In this document: positions 54,943 through 64,000 of the stretch, piece after piece
Position numbering within the stretch: the first letter of the stretch is position 1
Layout of the letters: each line of letters starts with the position of its first letter
Source of the DNA: an uncultured Trueperaceae bacterium
Lineage (GTDB): Bacteria; Deinococcota; Deinococci; Deinococcales; Trueperaceae
DNA: 64,000 nt
Direction of reading: 5' to 3'
Assembly (NCBI GenBank): GCA_963799485.1
Contig: CAWCXJ010000012.1
Location: 128,001-192,000 of the forward strand
The notes under the pieces: generated by a model
Databases searched by the model: none
Told to the model about the DNA's origin: nothing
Seen by the model: the letters and a program-made list of their open reading frames with translations, nothing else
Program-made: the position numbers and the translations under genes

Positions 54943-55893
54943 ATGACCAGCGTGAAGATTGCGTCTATCGATTACGGCAAGGGCGGTATCGGCTGCTACC
55001 GTTTTGCCGCGAAGCCGCTCGTCGTTGCCGCGATTCCCGAATCGGCGTTTACGGGGCGCGGGAACGAGCTTTTCGGCGTCGAGGTCGACGTGCAGGTGTT
55101 GGGTGGCCCTTTTACGGCGGCGTATACAGACGGCGACAACCACAACGTCGTAGCGACGGACACGATGAAAAACTTTGTTTTAGCGCAGGCTCTGGCGTTT
55201 GAAGGGAGTACCCTCGAGGCGTTTTTAGACTTCCTCGGACGGGCGTTTTTGGCAACTTATACGGATATGAAGGCGCTCCACGTGACCGGGCGTGAGTTGC
55301 GGTTTGAAGGGATGACCGCCCCGGACGGCGACGGCTTTTCCCCCAGCACCGTACTTTTTTCGCGTTCACGCGACGATTACGGCGCGGCGGAACTTTTGCT
55401 CGAGCGTACCCCCGGCGGCGTCGCCCTGACCGACCACGAGTGCGGGCGGCTCGAGTTGCAGCTTCTCAAAACGACCGGCAGCTCGTTTGCGAGTTTTGCC
55501 CGCGACGCCCACACCACCCTTCCTGAAACTCAAGACCGCCCGCTCTATCTCTACTTGGACGTGTTCTGGCGTTACGCCGACCCCGCACAAGTGGTTTCCG
55601 AAGACACCACCCATTACGTCCCTGCCGAACAGGTGCGCGACCTCGCCGCCACCGTCTTTCACGACTTTAACAGCCGTTCGATTCAGCACCTTGTTTACGA
55701 AATGGGGACGCGTCTTCTGGCACGCTTTTCCCAACTCGCCGAAGTCCGTTTCGAAGCGCAAAACCGGCTTTGGGACAAGGCGTTCGAGACCGACAAACCT
55801 GCTGAAAAACCTGCGGTGCAGGTACGCACCGACCCGCGTCCCCCTTACGGGCAGATCGGTTTGACGTTGACCCGTGATGATGCCGGAAGCTAG
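54943..55893 (+). CDS. pucL: Urate oxidase (uricase)
   Basis: YGK, VVATDTMKN, SIQH and PPYG motifs. Confidence 0.9.
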   Translation: MTSVKIASIDYGKGGIGCYRFAAKPLVVAAIPESAFTGRGNELFGVEVDVQVLGGPFTAAYTDGDNHNVVATDTMKNFVLAQALAFEGSTLEAFLDFLGRAFLATYTDMKALHVTGRELRFEGMTAPDGDGFSPSTVLFSRSRDDYGAAELLLERTPGGVALTDHECGRLELQLLKTTGSSFASFARDAHTTLPETQDRPLYLYLDVFWRYADPAQVVSEDTTHYVPAEQVRDLAATVFHDFNSRSIQHLVYEMGTRLLARFSQLAEVRFEAQNRLWDKAFETDKPAEKPAVQVRTDPRPPYGQIGLTLTRDDAGS

Positions 55894-56238
55894 ATGAGCG
55901 GGCTCAGCACCCATGTTCTCGATACGGCGCGCGGCCTTCCTGCTGCGGGGGTGTCTATGCAGCTCTGGCGACTTACCGGGGAAGAGCGTAGTTTGCTGGG
56001 GACGTACACCACGAACGAAGATGGACGCGCGACACTCTTGTCCGGTGACGCCTTACAAGTCGGGACATACGAGCTGATTTTTGCTGTCGGGACGTACTTA
56101 CGCACTTTTCAGGCTGCGCCCGAACCGGCTTTTTTGGAGGATGTCCCGGTGCGTTTCGGCGTGCCTGACGCGGGCGCACACTACCACGTGCCGCTCCTCT
56201 TGTCGCCCTACAGCTACAGCACCTACCGGGGCAGCTGA
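55894..56238 (+). CDS. uraH: 5-hydroxyisourate hydrolase
   Basis: LSTHVLD, TNEDGR and C-terminal YRGS. Confidence 0.95.
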   Translation: MSGLSTHVLDTARGLPAAGVSMQLWRLTGEERSLLGTYTTNEDGRATLLSGDALQVGTYELIFAVGTYLRTFQAAPEPAFLEDVPVRFGVPDAGAHYHVPLLLSPYSYSTYRGS

Positions 56239-56266
56239 GGCCCGGTCTTGTTTATGTTTGAGCTGT

Positions 56267-57595
56267 ATGGCTGAGCTGGTTGTTCGGGGCGGCTTGCTGG
56301 TTTCGCCGGACGGGGTGATGCGAGCTGACCTGGCGGTCGAAGGGGGCGTCGTCGCCCAAGTAGGGGAGGTCGGAGCGGGCCGCACCGAAATAGACGCCGA
56401 AGGGCTCCATATCTTTCCGGGCCTTATCGACGCACATGTGCATTTTAACGAACCGGGCCGGACGCACTGGGAAGGCTTCGCGTCTGGGAGCGCCGCACTC
56501 GCTGCCGGGGGCGCGACGCTCTTTTTCGAGATGCCCTTAAACGCCCACCCGCCGCTCCTGACGCCCGCCGAATTTGCCACCAAGCGCGCCGCAGCGGAGC
56601 GGTCGTCCGTTACCGATTTTGCCCTCTGGGGCGGCTTGACGCCGGACAATTTGGGCGAGCTGCCGGCGCTCGCGGCGTGCGGGGTGGTCGGGTTCAAGGC
56701 GTTTATGGCGAACAGCGGGATTGACGAATTTCGGGCGGTCGACGACGTTACGTTGCTCGCGGGGATGAGACAAGCTGCCGCGCTGGACCTACCCGTCGCC
56801 GTTCACGCCGAAAGCGAGAGCTTAACCCAGGCTTTGAGCGCCAAAATTCGCGCGGCAGGCGGGCGGAGCATTACAGATTATCTGGCCTCGAGACCCCCTG
56901 TCGCCGAACTCGCGGCCATTCAGCGTGCTTTACTTTTCGCTGAAACAACCGGAGCCGACCTGCACATCGTTCACGTCAGTACGGCGCGGGGTGTGAAGCT
57001 TGTGCGTGAGGCCGCCGCGCGGGGCGTCCACGCAACCTGCGAGACCTGCCCACACTATCTGTACTTTTCTGAGGACGATTTACGGCGTAAAGGCGCGGCG
57101 CTCAAATGTGCGCCGCCGCTCCGCTCCGAGGCCGAACGCAGGGCGCTGCTGGGGACGCTGGGTGACCTCGAGCTGATCGCCTCAGACCACTCGCCCGCGC
57201 CACCCGACCTCAAAACCTCAGCCGACCTTTTCGAGGTCTGGGGCGGGATTTCAGGGGTGCAGGCGACACTTGGCGCGCTGCTGAGTTTGGGCGTTTCACC
57301 CGAGCAGCTTGCGCGGTTGACGGCGCGGGGGCCAGCTGAACGGTTCCGTCTGAAGGGTAAAGGGCGGTTAGAAACCGGTTTCGACGCTGATTTCTCTCTG
57401 GTTGACCTGAACGACACGACGACCTTCGACGAAACCACCTTGCTGACGCGTTACAAAGACGGGGCGTACTCCGGCGAAACGCTTCGGGGCCGCGTCCGGG
57501 CCACCTACTTACGCGGTAGAGCTATTTTTGCTGACGGTCGGATTATCGCTGAACCAGCAGGCAAGCTCGTCACGCCTGAAAGGATTTCCCATTGA
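56267..57595 (+). CDS. allB: Allantoinase
   Basis: DAHVHFNEPGRTHWEG, MPLN, ETCPHY, KCAPP, SDHSP and WGGISG motifs. Confidence 0.92.
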   Translation: MAELVVRGGLLVSPDGVMRADLAVEGGVVAQVGEVGAGRTEIDAEGLHIFPGLIDAHVHFNEPGRTHWEGFASGSAALAAGGATLFFEMPLNAHPPLLTPAEFATKRAAAERSSVTDFALWGGLTPDNLGELPALAACGVVGFKAFMANSGIDEFRAVDDVTLLAGMRQAAALDLPVAVHAESESLTQALSAKIRAAGGRSITDYLASRPPVAELAAIQRALLFAETTGADLHIVHVSTARGVKLVREAAARGVHATCETCPHYLYFSEDDLRRKGAALKCAPPLRSEAERRALLGTLGDLELIASDHSPAPPDLKTSADLFEVWGGISGVQATLGALLSLGVSPEQLARLTARGPAERFRLKGKGRLETGFDADFSLVDLNDTTTFDETTLLTRYKDGAYSGETLRGRVRATYLRGRAIFADGRIIAEPAGKLVTPERISH

Positions 57596-58365
57596 CTTTG
57601 CCCGCATCGACTTTGCCTGATTTTACGGCGCTCGGTCAGACCCGCACACGGCTCACCGCGTCGCACGCCCTGATTGCGCCTGACGGACACGTCCGCACGC
57701 AGTTGCCGGGGTGGAGAAATACATCTGTCGTCGTTCTCATCTCCGCGCAACTCGGCGCACGTTTTACGCAGTATCTCGCCCACCTGGAAGCGGGCGGTGA
57801 GGCGGCGGCAACAGCCTATGAGCGGTTTGTCTTCGTGGTTTCGGGGAAGGTGGGGCTGGGGCTTTCCGGCACCCACACCCTGACAGTGTCCGATTACGTC
57901 TATCTACCTGCGGGCGTGCCTGCAACCCTTTACGCCGACGTCCCCGCAACGCTCTGCGTGTTTGAACGCCGTTATTTGCCGCTACCCGGCGTGTCTGCGC
58001 CTGAAATTGTTTTCGGCAACGAACGCGAAACTTTTGGCGAAGCCTTTATGGGTGACGACGGCGTGCATGTCCGCAAGCTCTTGCCTGAACACCCCGGTTT
58101 CGACCTGATGCTCAGCACGATGACCTTTCAACCCGGCAGAAGTTTGCCCTTTGCCGAAACGCACGTGATGGAACACGGCTTGTTGATGCTCTCGGGCGGT
58201 GGTATCTACAAACTCTCCGAAAGCTGGTATCCCGTGACTGAGGGCGACGTGATCTACATGGCCCCGTACTGCCCGCAGTGGTTCGGGGCGTTAGGCGAGA
58301 CCGAGGCGAAATACTTACTTTACAAAGACGCGTTCCGCGACCCGTTCGCGCTCTCGGAAGGCTGA
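57592..58365 (+). CDS. allE: (S)-ureidoglycine aminohydrolase (bicupin)
   Basis: ETHVMEHG, APYCPQWF and YLLYKD motifs. Confidence 0.9.
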   Translation: MTLPASTLPDFTALGQTRTRLTASHALIAPDGHVRTQLPGWRNTSVVVLISAQLGARFTQYLAHLEAGGEAAATAYERFVFVVSGKVGLGLSGTHTLTVSDYVYLPAGVPATLYADVPATLCVFERRYLPLPGVSAPEIVFGNERETFGEAFMGDDGVHVRKLLPEHPGFDLMLSTMTFQPGRSLPFAETHVMEHGLLMLSGGGIYKLSESWYPVTEGDVIYMAPYCPQWFGALGETEAKYLLYKDAFRDPFALSEG

Positions 58366-59597
58366 TGGACGTCGACGCTGCGCGGTTGACCGAACAGTTA
58401 GCGACGCTCGCCGGATTTTCCGACGCGCCTGCTCCGGCAGTGACCCGCGTCGTTTACACCCAGGCCGATTTGGACGCGAGAGCCTACCTCAAGACCCTGA
58501 TTGCCGAAGTGGGGCTTTCTATACGTGAAGACGCGCTCGGCAACCTCTTTGCTCGTTGGGAAGGGCAGGGGCCCACCTTGCCCGCCGTAGCGACAGGTTC
58601 GCACATCGACGCGGTTCCGTTTTCCGGGCGTTTCGACGGTACGGTTGGAGTGCTGGGCGGTCTTGAAGCGATTCGTGTGCTTAGGAGCTCAGGCTTTCAG
58701 CCGCGCCGGAGTCTGGAACTCATCTTGTTTACTGCCGAAGAACCGACGCGCTTCGGGGTAGGGTGTTTCGGCAGTCGGGCGCTGGCAGGTGTTTTGAGTC
58801 CGGACGCGCTCGCCGAGCTTAAAGGGGAAGACGGCTCGAGTGTCCTCGAGGCCGCTCGGCGAGCAGGTTTTACCGGAGATTTGAACAAGGTGAAGCTCGA
58901 GCCCGGACATTATCACGCTTTTACCGAACTCCACATCGAACAGGGGCCGAGGCTCGCGGCGGCTGGTATTCCTATCGGAGTGGTAAGTGCAGTGGCGGCC
59001 CCTGCAACGCTGCACGTGACCTTAAACGGTTCGGGCGGACACGCGGGCGCGGTGTTGATGCGCGAACGCCGGGACGCGCTCGTAGCCGGGGCCGAAATCG
59101 CGTTAGCGGTCGAGGCGGCGGCACTTGCGACCGGTGCGCCCGATTCCGTTGCGACAGTCGGCATCTTCGACGTGCATCCGAGAGCGGTCAACAGTATCGC
59201 GGGCCGTGTCTTTCTGACTATAGATGTGCGCGATACCGACCTTGAGCGGCGCGACAAGGTGGTGACGCGAATTCAAAAAGATATCTCGGCAATCTCGCGA
59301 AAAAGAGGCGTTGAAGCTGCCGTAGAAATCTTAAACGCCGACCCACCCGCGACCTGCGCGTCCGAAATTGTCGGAGCCGCCCACGCCGCCGCCGAAGCCG
59401 AAGGCTTGAGCGCCCAGACACTCGTCAGCCGCGCCTACCACGACACCTTGTTCATGGCCCGCGTGTGTCCGGTCGGGATGATTTTTATTCCGTCTCAAAA
59501 CGGTTACAGCCACCGCCCGGACGAGTACAGCAGCCCCGAAGAAATCGTGCAGGGCGTGCGGGTACTGGCGCGGACGCTGGGGGCGCTGGCAGAGTGA
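58365..59597 (+). CDS. M20-family amidohydrolase, ureidoglycolate amidohydrolase-like
   Basis: GSHID, EEPTRF, ELHIEQGP, SRAYHD and GYSH motifs; TGATG coupling to allE. Confidence 0.8.
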   Translation: MDVDAARLTEQLATLAGFSDAPAPAVTRVVYTQADLDARAYLKTLIAEVGLSIREDALGNLFARWEGQGPTLPAVATGSHIDAVPFSGRFDGTVGVLGGLEAIRVLRSSGFQPRRSLELILFTAEEPTRFGVGCFGSRALAGVLSPDALAELKGEDGSSVLEAARRAGFTGDLNKVKLEPGHYHAFTELHIEQGPRLAAAGIPIGVVSAVAAPATLHVTLNGSGGHAGAVLMRERRDALVAGAEIALAVEAAALATGAPDSVATVGIFDVHPRAVNSIAGRVFLTIDVRDTDLERRDKVVTRIQKDISAISRKRGVEAAVEILNADPPATCASEIVGAAHAAAEAEGLSAQTLVSRAYHDTLFMARVCPVGMIFIPSQNGYSHRPDEYSSPEEIVQGVRVLARTLGALAE

Positions 59598-60117
59598 CGA
59601 CGATGATGTCGCTCCAGTACGTTCAGGCGGTACGTCAGGAAAGCCGGTCGGTCGCCAAAGGCGGTATTAAAGCTTTGAGGTTTCAGCACTGTCATTTACG
59701 CTGTAATGTTTACGCCATATTATTTACGCCGTAACCGGTTGTTCAGGCCAGAGCAAATTACGACTTCTTTTTGTGAAAGCTCTCCCGGCGCCTCAGTGAC
59801 AACACGTCTTGGTGACAACATGCAAGGACAACTAAACCTGCGGCAGCTTTAACGTGACTGACTCTCAAAGCAGGTGTCGAGGCTAAACGTCTTAGAGCAG
59901 ATCGGGACCGCGATGACCTCTTCAAACTCCTCGCGACTTTGCGGTTGCCCGACTTTGGTACGCTGCCGTTTGAACAAGCCCGCCGCAGCGTGCTAGACTA
60001 CTACGTTGGGTACCGTGACACACTACTTAAGTCAAGCACGGCCTACCAAGTAAGGGGCACAAGGTTGCGTTCACCCTATTAGATACGCGGCTTTAGCCAC
60101 CAGAAAGAGGCACAGCT

Positions 60118-60384
60118 ATGATTACCAAAGAGCAAAAAAGCGAAATTTTTACCGAATTTGGCGGTAGCGCCCAAAATACCGGTTCGACCGAAGTGCAGGT
60201 GGCGATGCTGACCACCCGTATCAATCAGCTCAGCCAGCACTTGCAAGCCAACCGCAAAGACCACCACGGTCGCCGGGGGCTCCTGACGATGGTCGGACGC
60301 CGTAAACGACTTTTGAAGTACCTCGAGGCCAAAGACTTCGACGGTTATAAAGCGCTTATTGCCCGTCTGGGTTTGCGCCGCTAA
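60118..60384 (+). CDS. rpsO: 30S ribosomal protein S15
   Basis: TGSTEVQVA and DHHGRRGLL motifs; TGc-TAGACT extended -10 at ~59991-59999. Confidence 0.97.
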   Translation: MITKEQKSEIFTEFGGSAQNTGSTEVQVAMLTTRINQLSQHLQANRKDHHGRRGLLTMVGRRKRLLKYLEAKDFDGYKALIARLGLRR

Positions 60385-60561
60385 CTTGCCTTATCCGCTT
60401 ACGGAGACGCTACGACAGCCAAACTAAGGCTCAGCCGGGTGAGGTCGCACGCGATTTTGCCCGGTTTTGAGTTACGCCCTATTTTACGAATTGCACGACT
60501 ATTCTGCGCGACCGGAACCGCTATTTTGTGACAAAGACTATCCAAAACAAAAGGAGTTTAG

Positions 60562-62748
60562 GTGAATATTCCAGAAGCTAAACGCTACAGCACCACGCTG
60601 GGAGGGCGCGAGCTGGTGCTAGAAACCGGCAAATACGCCAAGCTCGTGTCCGGCAGCGTCACGGTGCGTTACGGCGATACGGTCGTGCTCGTGACCGCGC
60701 ACATGTCGGACTCGGCGGGTACGACCGACTTTTTGCCGCTGACGGTCGAATACGAAGAGCGGCACTACGCCATCGGCAAGATTCCGGGGTCGTTTATGAA
60801 ACGCGAGGGTCGCCCCGGCACCCAAGCCACGCTCAACGCCCGCATCACCGACCGGCAGATTCGGCCTCTCTTTCCCAAAGGCTTACGCAACGAAGTACAG
60901 GTCATCATTACAGTGCTTTCAGCCGACCGGCAAAACGACCCGGCGATGATCGCCGCGATCGGTGCGTCGGCAGCACTAAGCATCTCAAACATTCCCTGGG
61001 ACGGGCCGACCGCGTGTATCAGCGTCGGTTATGACGAGGGTCAATACGTCCTCTACCCGACGTTTCAGCAGCTTGAAGGCTCCGCGCTCGAGCTTACCGT
61101 CGCCGCGTCCAGGGACGCCGTGCTGATGGTCGAAGCGAGCGCCGACGAATTACCCGAAGACGTGATGGTCGGGGCCATCGAGTTTGCCCAGCGCGAGCTG
61201 CAACCCGTTTTAGCGCTGATTGAAACCATGAAGCGCGAAGTCGGTCACGAAAAAGCCACCTTCGAGGCGAAAGCGTCCGTGTCCGACGGAGAAAAAGAGA
61301 GCATGTACCAGAGCGCGGTTCACGCCGGGCTTAAAGATGCGCTGCTGACACCCAACAAAAAAGACCGCAGCGCAGCGACGAAAACGCTCCGCGACACGCT
61401 GATCGCCGCACGTGTCCCGGACGCTGACTCCGACGAAGACAAAGCACAGATTGCCCTCTTAAAAGAGGCGTTTTCAGCGGCGGTGCAACGCGAATCGCGG
61501 CGGATGGTGCTAGAAGACCATCTCCGCGCCGACAACCGTAAACCGGACGAGATTCGGCCCATCTGGATCGAAGCGGGCGTACTGCCCAAAGCGCACGGCT
61601 CGGTGGTGTTTACCCGCGGCGAAACGCAGGTTCTAGGCGTCGCCACGCTCGGTACCGGCAAAGACGACCGGCTGATCGACGACCTTGGCCTCGAGACCAG
61701 TGAAACATTCATGCTTCACTACAACTTCCCGCCCTTTTCGACGGGCGAAGTCAAACGGCTCCGGGGTATCTCGCGGCGTGAACTCGGGCACGGCAACCTG
61801 GCAAGACGTGCGCTCGAGCGGATGATTCCCAGCCAGGAAGATTTCGGTTACGTCATCCGGGTCGTCGCGGAAACCTTGGAGTCCAACGGCTCGTCGTCGA
61901 TGGCGTCGGTCTGCGCCGCCACCTTGTCGATGATGGACGCGGGCGTTCCGCTCAAAAAACCCGTCGCCGGAATTGCGATGGGGCTTATTAAAGAGGGCGA
62001 CGACTACCAGATTTTGTCCGATATTCTGGGCTCCGAAGACGCCTTGGGCGATATGGACTTCAAGGTGACAGGCACCCGCGACGGCGTTACGGCCTTGCAG
62101 ATGGACATCAAGATTCAGGGCATCACCGCCGAGATTATGAAAGCGGCGTTGGCGCAGGCCCGCGTCGGCCGCACGCACATCTTGAGCATTATGGACGAAA
62201 CCCTGAGCGCCCCGCGCAGCGAAGTCTCAAAGAACGCGCCGCGGATCGTGTCGGTGCAGATTCCTACCGAAAAAATCGGCAGTGTGATCGGGCCGGGCGG
62301 CAAGCAGATTCGTGAACTCGAGGCGATGGGCGTCCAGATCGACGTGGGCGAAGACGGTCTGATTAAGATCTACAGCGAAGACGCGAGCGCCGCCGACGCC
62401 GTAAAAACGCAGATCGAAGGGCTGACGGCAACGCCCGAAGTCGGTAAAACCTACGACGGTAAAGTTGTCAAAGTCGCCGATTTCGGTGCGTTCGTCAATA
62501 TCTTCCCCGGTACCGACGGACTCTTGCACATCTCACAGGTTGCCGAAGAGCGTGTTCAGAACGTCGAGGACTTTCTCAAAGTCGGCGACCAGTTACAGGT
62601 CAAAATTGCCGGCATCGACAACCGCGGCAAACTTGATTTGATCCGGCCTGAACTCGAGGGAAAAATTGCGCCGCGGGCCCCGCGCTCTAGCGCCCCGCGA
62701 GGCGACCGTTCAAACGGCAACCGCGACCGCGGTTCACGCCGTCCGTAA
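60562..62748 (+). CDS. pnp: Polyribonucleotide nucleotidyltransferase
   Basis: DFLPLTVEY, FTRGETQ, ESNGSSSMAS and DMDFK motifs; KH and S1 domains. Confidence 0.97.
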   Translation: MNIPEAKRYSTTLGGRELVLETGKYAKLVSGSVTVRYGDTVVLVTAHMSDSAGTTDFLPLTVEYEERHYAIGKIPGSFMKREGRPGTQATLNARITDRQIRPLFPKGLRNEVQVIITVLSADRQNDPAMIAAIGASAALSISNIPWDGPTACISVGYDEGQYVLYPTFQQLEGSALELTVAASRDAVLMVEASADELPEDVMVGAIEFAQRELQPVLALIETMKREVGHEKATFEAKASVSDGEKESMYQSAVHAGLKDALLTPNKKDRSAATKTLRDTLIAARVPDADSDEDKAQIALLKEAFSAAVQRESRRMVLEDHLRADNRKPDEIRPIWIEAGVLPKAHGSVVFTRGETQVLGVATLGTGKDDRLIDDLGLETSETFMLHYNFPPFSTGEVKRLRGISRRELGHGNLARRALERMIPSQEDFGYVIRVVAETLESNGSSSMASVCAATLSMMDAGVPLKKPVAGIAMGLIKEGDDYQILSDILGSEDALGDMDFKVTGTRDGVTALQMDIKIQGITAEIMKAALAQARVGRTHILSIMDETLSAPRSEVSKNAPRIVSVQIPTEKIGSVIGPGGKQIRELEAMGVQIDVGEDGLIKIYSEDASAADAVKTQIEGLTATPEVGKTYDGKVVKVADFGAFVNIFPGTDGLLHISQVAEERVQNVEDFLKVGDQLQVKIAGIDNRGKLDLIRPELEGKIAPRAPRSSAPRGDRSNGNRDRGSRRP

Positions 62749-62990
62749 AAAACGCCTGGGCAGCTCTCGGAGTCTTGTTCCTACAAGCTGCTCGGGCGTC
62801 CGCATAACCTTAAACCTGCCGGATACCCAACCGGAGACCGACTTGTAACGCGGTAGGGCCACACCGCCGAACAGCTACTATGCTATGGCCGACAAATCAA
62901 CGAGGCTGCCGTCTCCCCGAACGAGCACGCCTGTCTACCCAAGCACGTACCCAGGGGGCCGTAAACCCTGCGGCATCCACAAGGAGATTT

Positions 62991-64000
62991 ATGAACCGTC
63001 CTCGCAGACGTGAACCCAACAGCAACCGTAACGGCAGCCGAACCGCTGCCCAAGACGGAGACAGAGAAGCAGACGCGCCTAACAAGGCGCTCCGCATCAT
63101 CCCGATTGGCGGGATGGGCGAAATCGGCAAAAACATGTTCGCTCTAGAATACGAAGACGAAATCATGCTCATCGACGGCGGCCTGGCCTTTCCCGACGCC
63201 GACATGCTGGGCGTCGACATTTTAGTCCCCCGTATCGACTGGGTGATCGAAAACGCTGCCCGTATCAAGGGCTGGGTTTTGACCCACGGTCACGAAGACC
63301 ATATCGGCGGACTGCCGTATATGATCAAGCTCTTGCCTAAAATTCCGATGTACGGCGCAAAGCTGACGCTCGGGCTGCTCCGCGGCAAGTTCGACGAGTT
63401 TCGCCTCAAAGAGTCCGACGCCGACCTCCGCGAAATCTCGACCGACGAGCGCATCAAGGTGTCGAAATACTTTACCGTCGATTTTTTCCGGATGACGCAC
63501 TCGATCCCCGACAATTCGGGGCTGATTATCCACACCCCCATCGGTCGCGTCGTGCATTCAGGCGATTTCAAACTCGATTACAACCCCGCCGACGGCAAAA
63601 CGAGCCACCTGCACAAACTCGCGCAAGCTGGGCAAGAGGGCGTCTTGGCGCTCATTTCGGACTCGACCAACGCCGAACGCCCCGGTTATACGCCGAGCGA
63701 ACGCGACGTGATGATCGCCGTCGATCAGCTTGTTTCCAAAGCCTCCGGGCGCGTCATCGTTACCACCTTCGCCTCACACGTCCATAGGTTGCAAAACTTT
63801 ATCCGGGTTGCCGAAACGTACGACCGGCGCGTCGTCGTCGAAGGCCGCTCGATGGTCAAAAACACCCGCATCGCCCAAGAACTCGGCTACTTGGAGGTCA
63901 AGCACCCGCTGGTGAGTTCCGACGAGATGAACAACTTGGCCGATGATAAGGTGCTGTTTTTATGTACCGGTTCGCAGGGGCAACCGATGGCGGCGCTCTC
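62991..64000 (+). CDS. rnj: Ribonuclease J (3'-truncated by the window edge)
   Basis: AAGGAG SD; IIPIGGMGEIGKNM, THGHEDHIG, HSIPD, DSTNAE and TGSQG motifs; absent from the ORF track because no stop is reached. Confidence 0.93.
   Translation, partial: MNRPRRREPNSNRNGSRTAAQDGDREADAPNKALRIIPIGGMGEIGKNMFALEYEDEIMLIDGGLAFPDADMLGVDILVPRIDWVIENAARIKGWVLTHGHEDHIGGLPYMIKLLPKIPMYGAKLTLGLLRGKFDEFRLKESDADLREISTDERIKVSKYFTVDFFRMTHSIPDNSGLIIHTPIGRVVHSGDFKLDYNPADGKTSHLHKLAQAGQEGVLALISDSTNAERPGYTPSERDVMIAVDQLVSKASGRVIVTTFASHVHRLQNFIRVAETYDRRVVVEGRSMVKNTRIAQELGYLEVKHPLVSSDEMNNLADDKVLFLCTGSQGQPMAAL

Overview
Chromosomal window of about 60% GC (estimated by eye). Protein content and several apparently leaderless genes suggest Deinococcota, Truepera-like (inference). 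Housekeeping and metabolic content: citrate synthase, branched-chain 2-oxoacid dehydrogenase E1a/E1b/E2, hslO, ppa, coaD, meaB, gatB, rpsB-tsf-pyrH-frr, rpsO-pnp-rnj, and a six-gene urate/allantoin catabolic operon. Envelope and stress content: a barrel-like protein plus DUF11/GEVED surface protein, a class II photolyase, a desiccation-type ferritin-like lipoprotein, and a TolC-TolC-MFP / MarR-MFS efflux block. The most interesting part is about 17.3-26.3 kb. A double-domain KaiC-like ATPase is coupled to a kinase-less pseudo-receiver/PAS/LuxR protein, and a second PAS-LuxR gene lies nearby. Four copies of an 18-bp palindrome (nnGGGGT-N4-ACCCYTW) each have a TG at exactly +42/+43 followed by a -10-like hexamer. 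The four predicted transcripts are a diguanylate cyclase, an acyl-ACP desaturase and two apparently non-coding structured RNAs with G-rich loops. Seven frameshifts, mostly single-base changes in short homopolymers, look like assembly errors. CTCGAG appears strongly over-represented. No tRNA, rRNA, CRISPR array or transposase was recognised.
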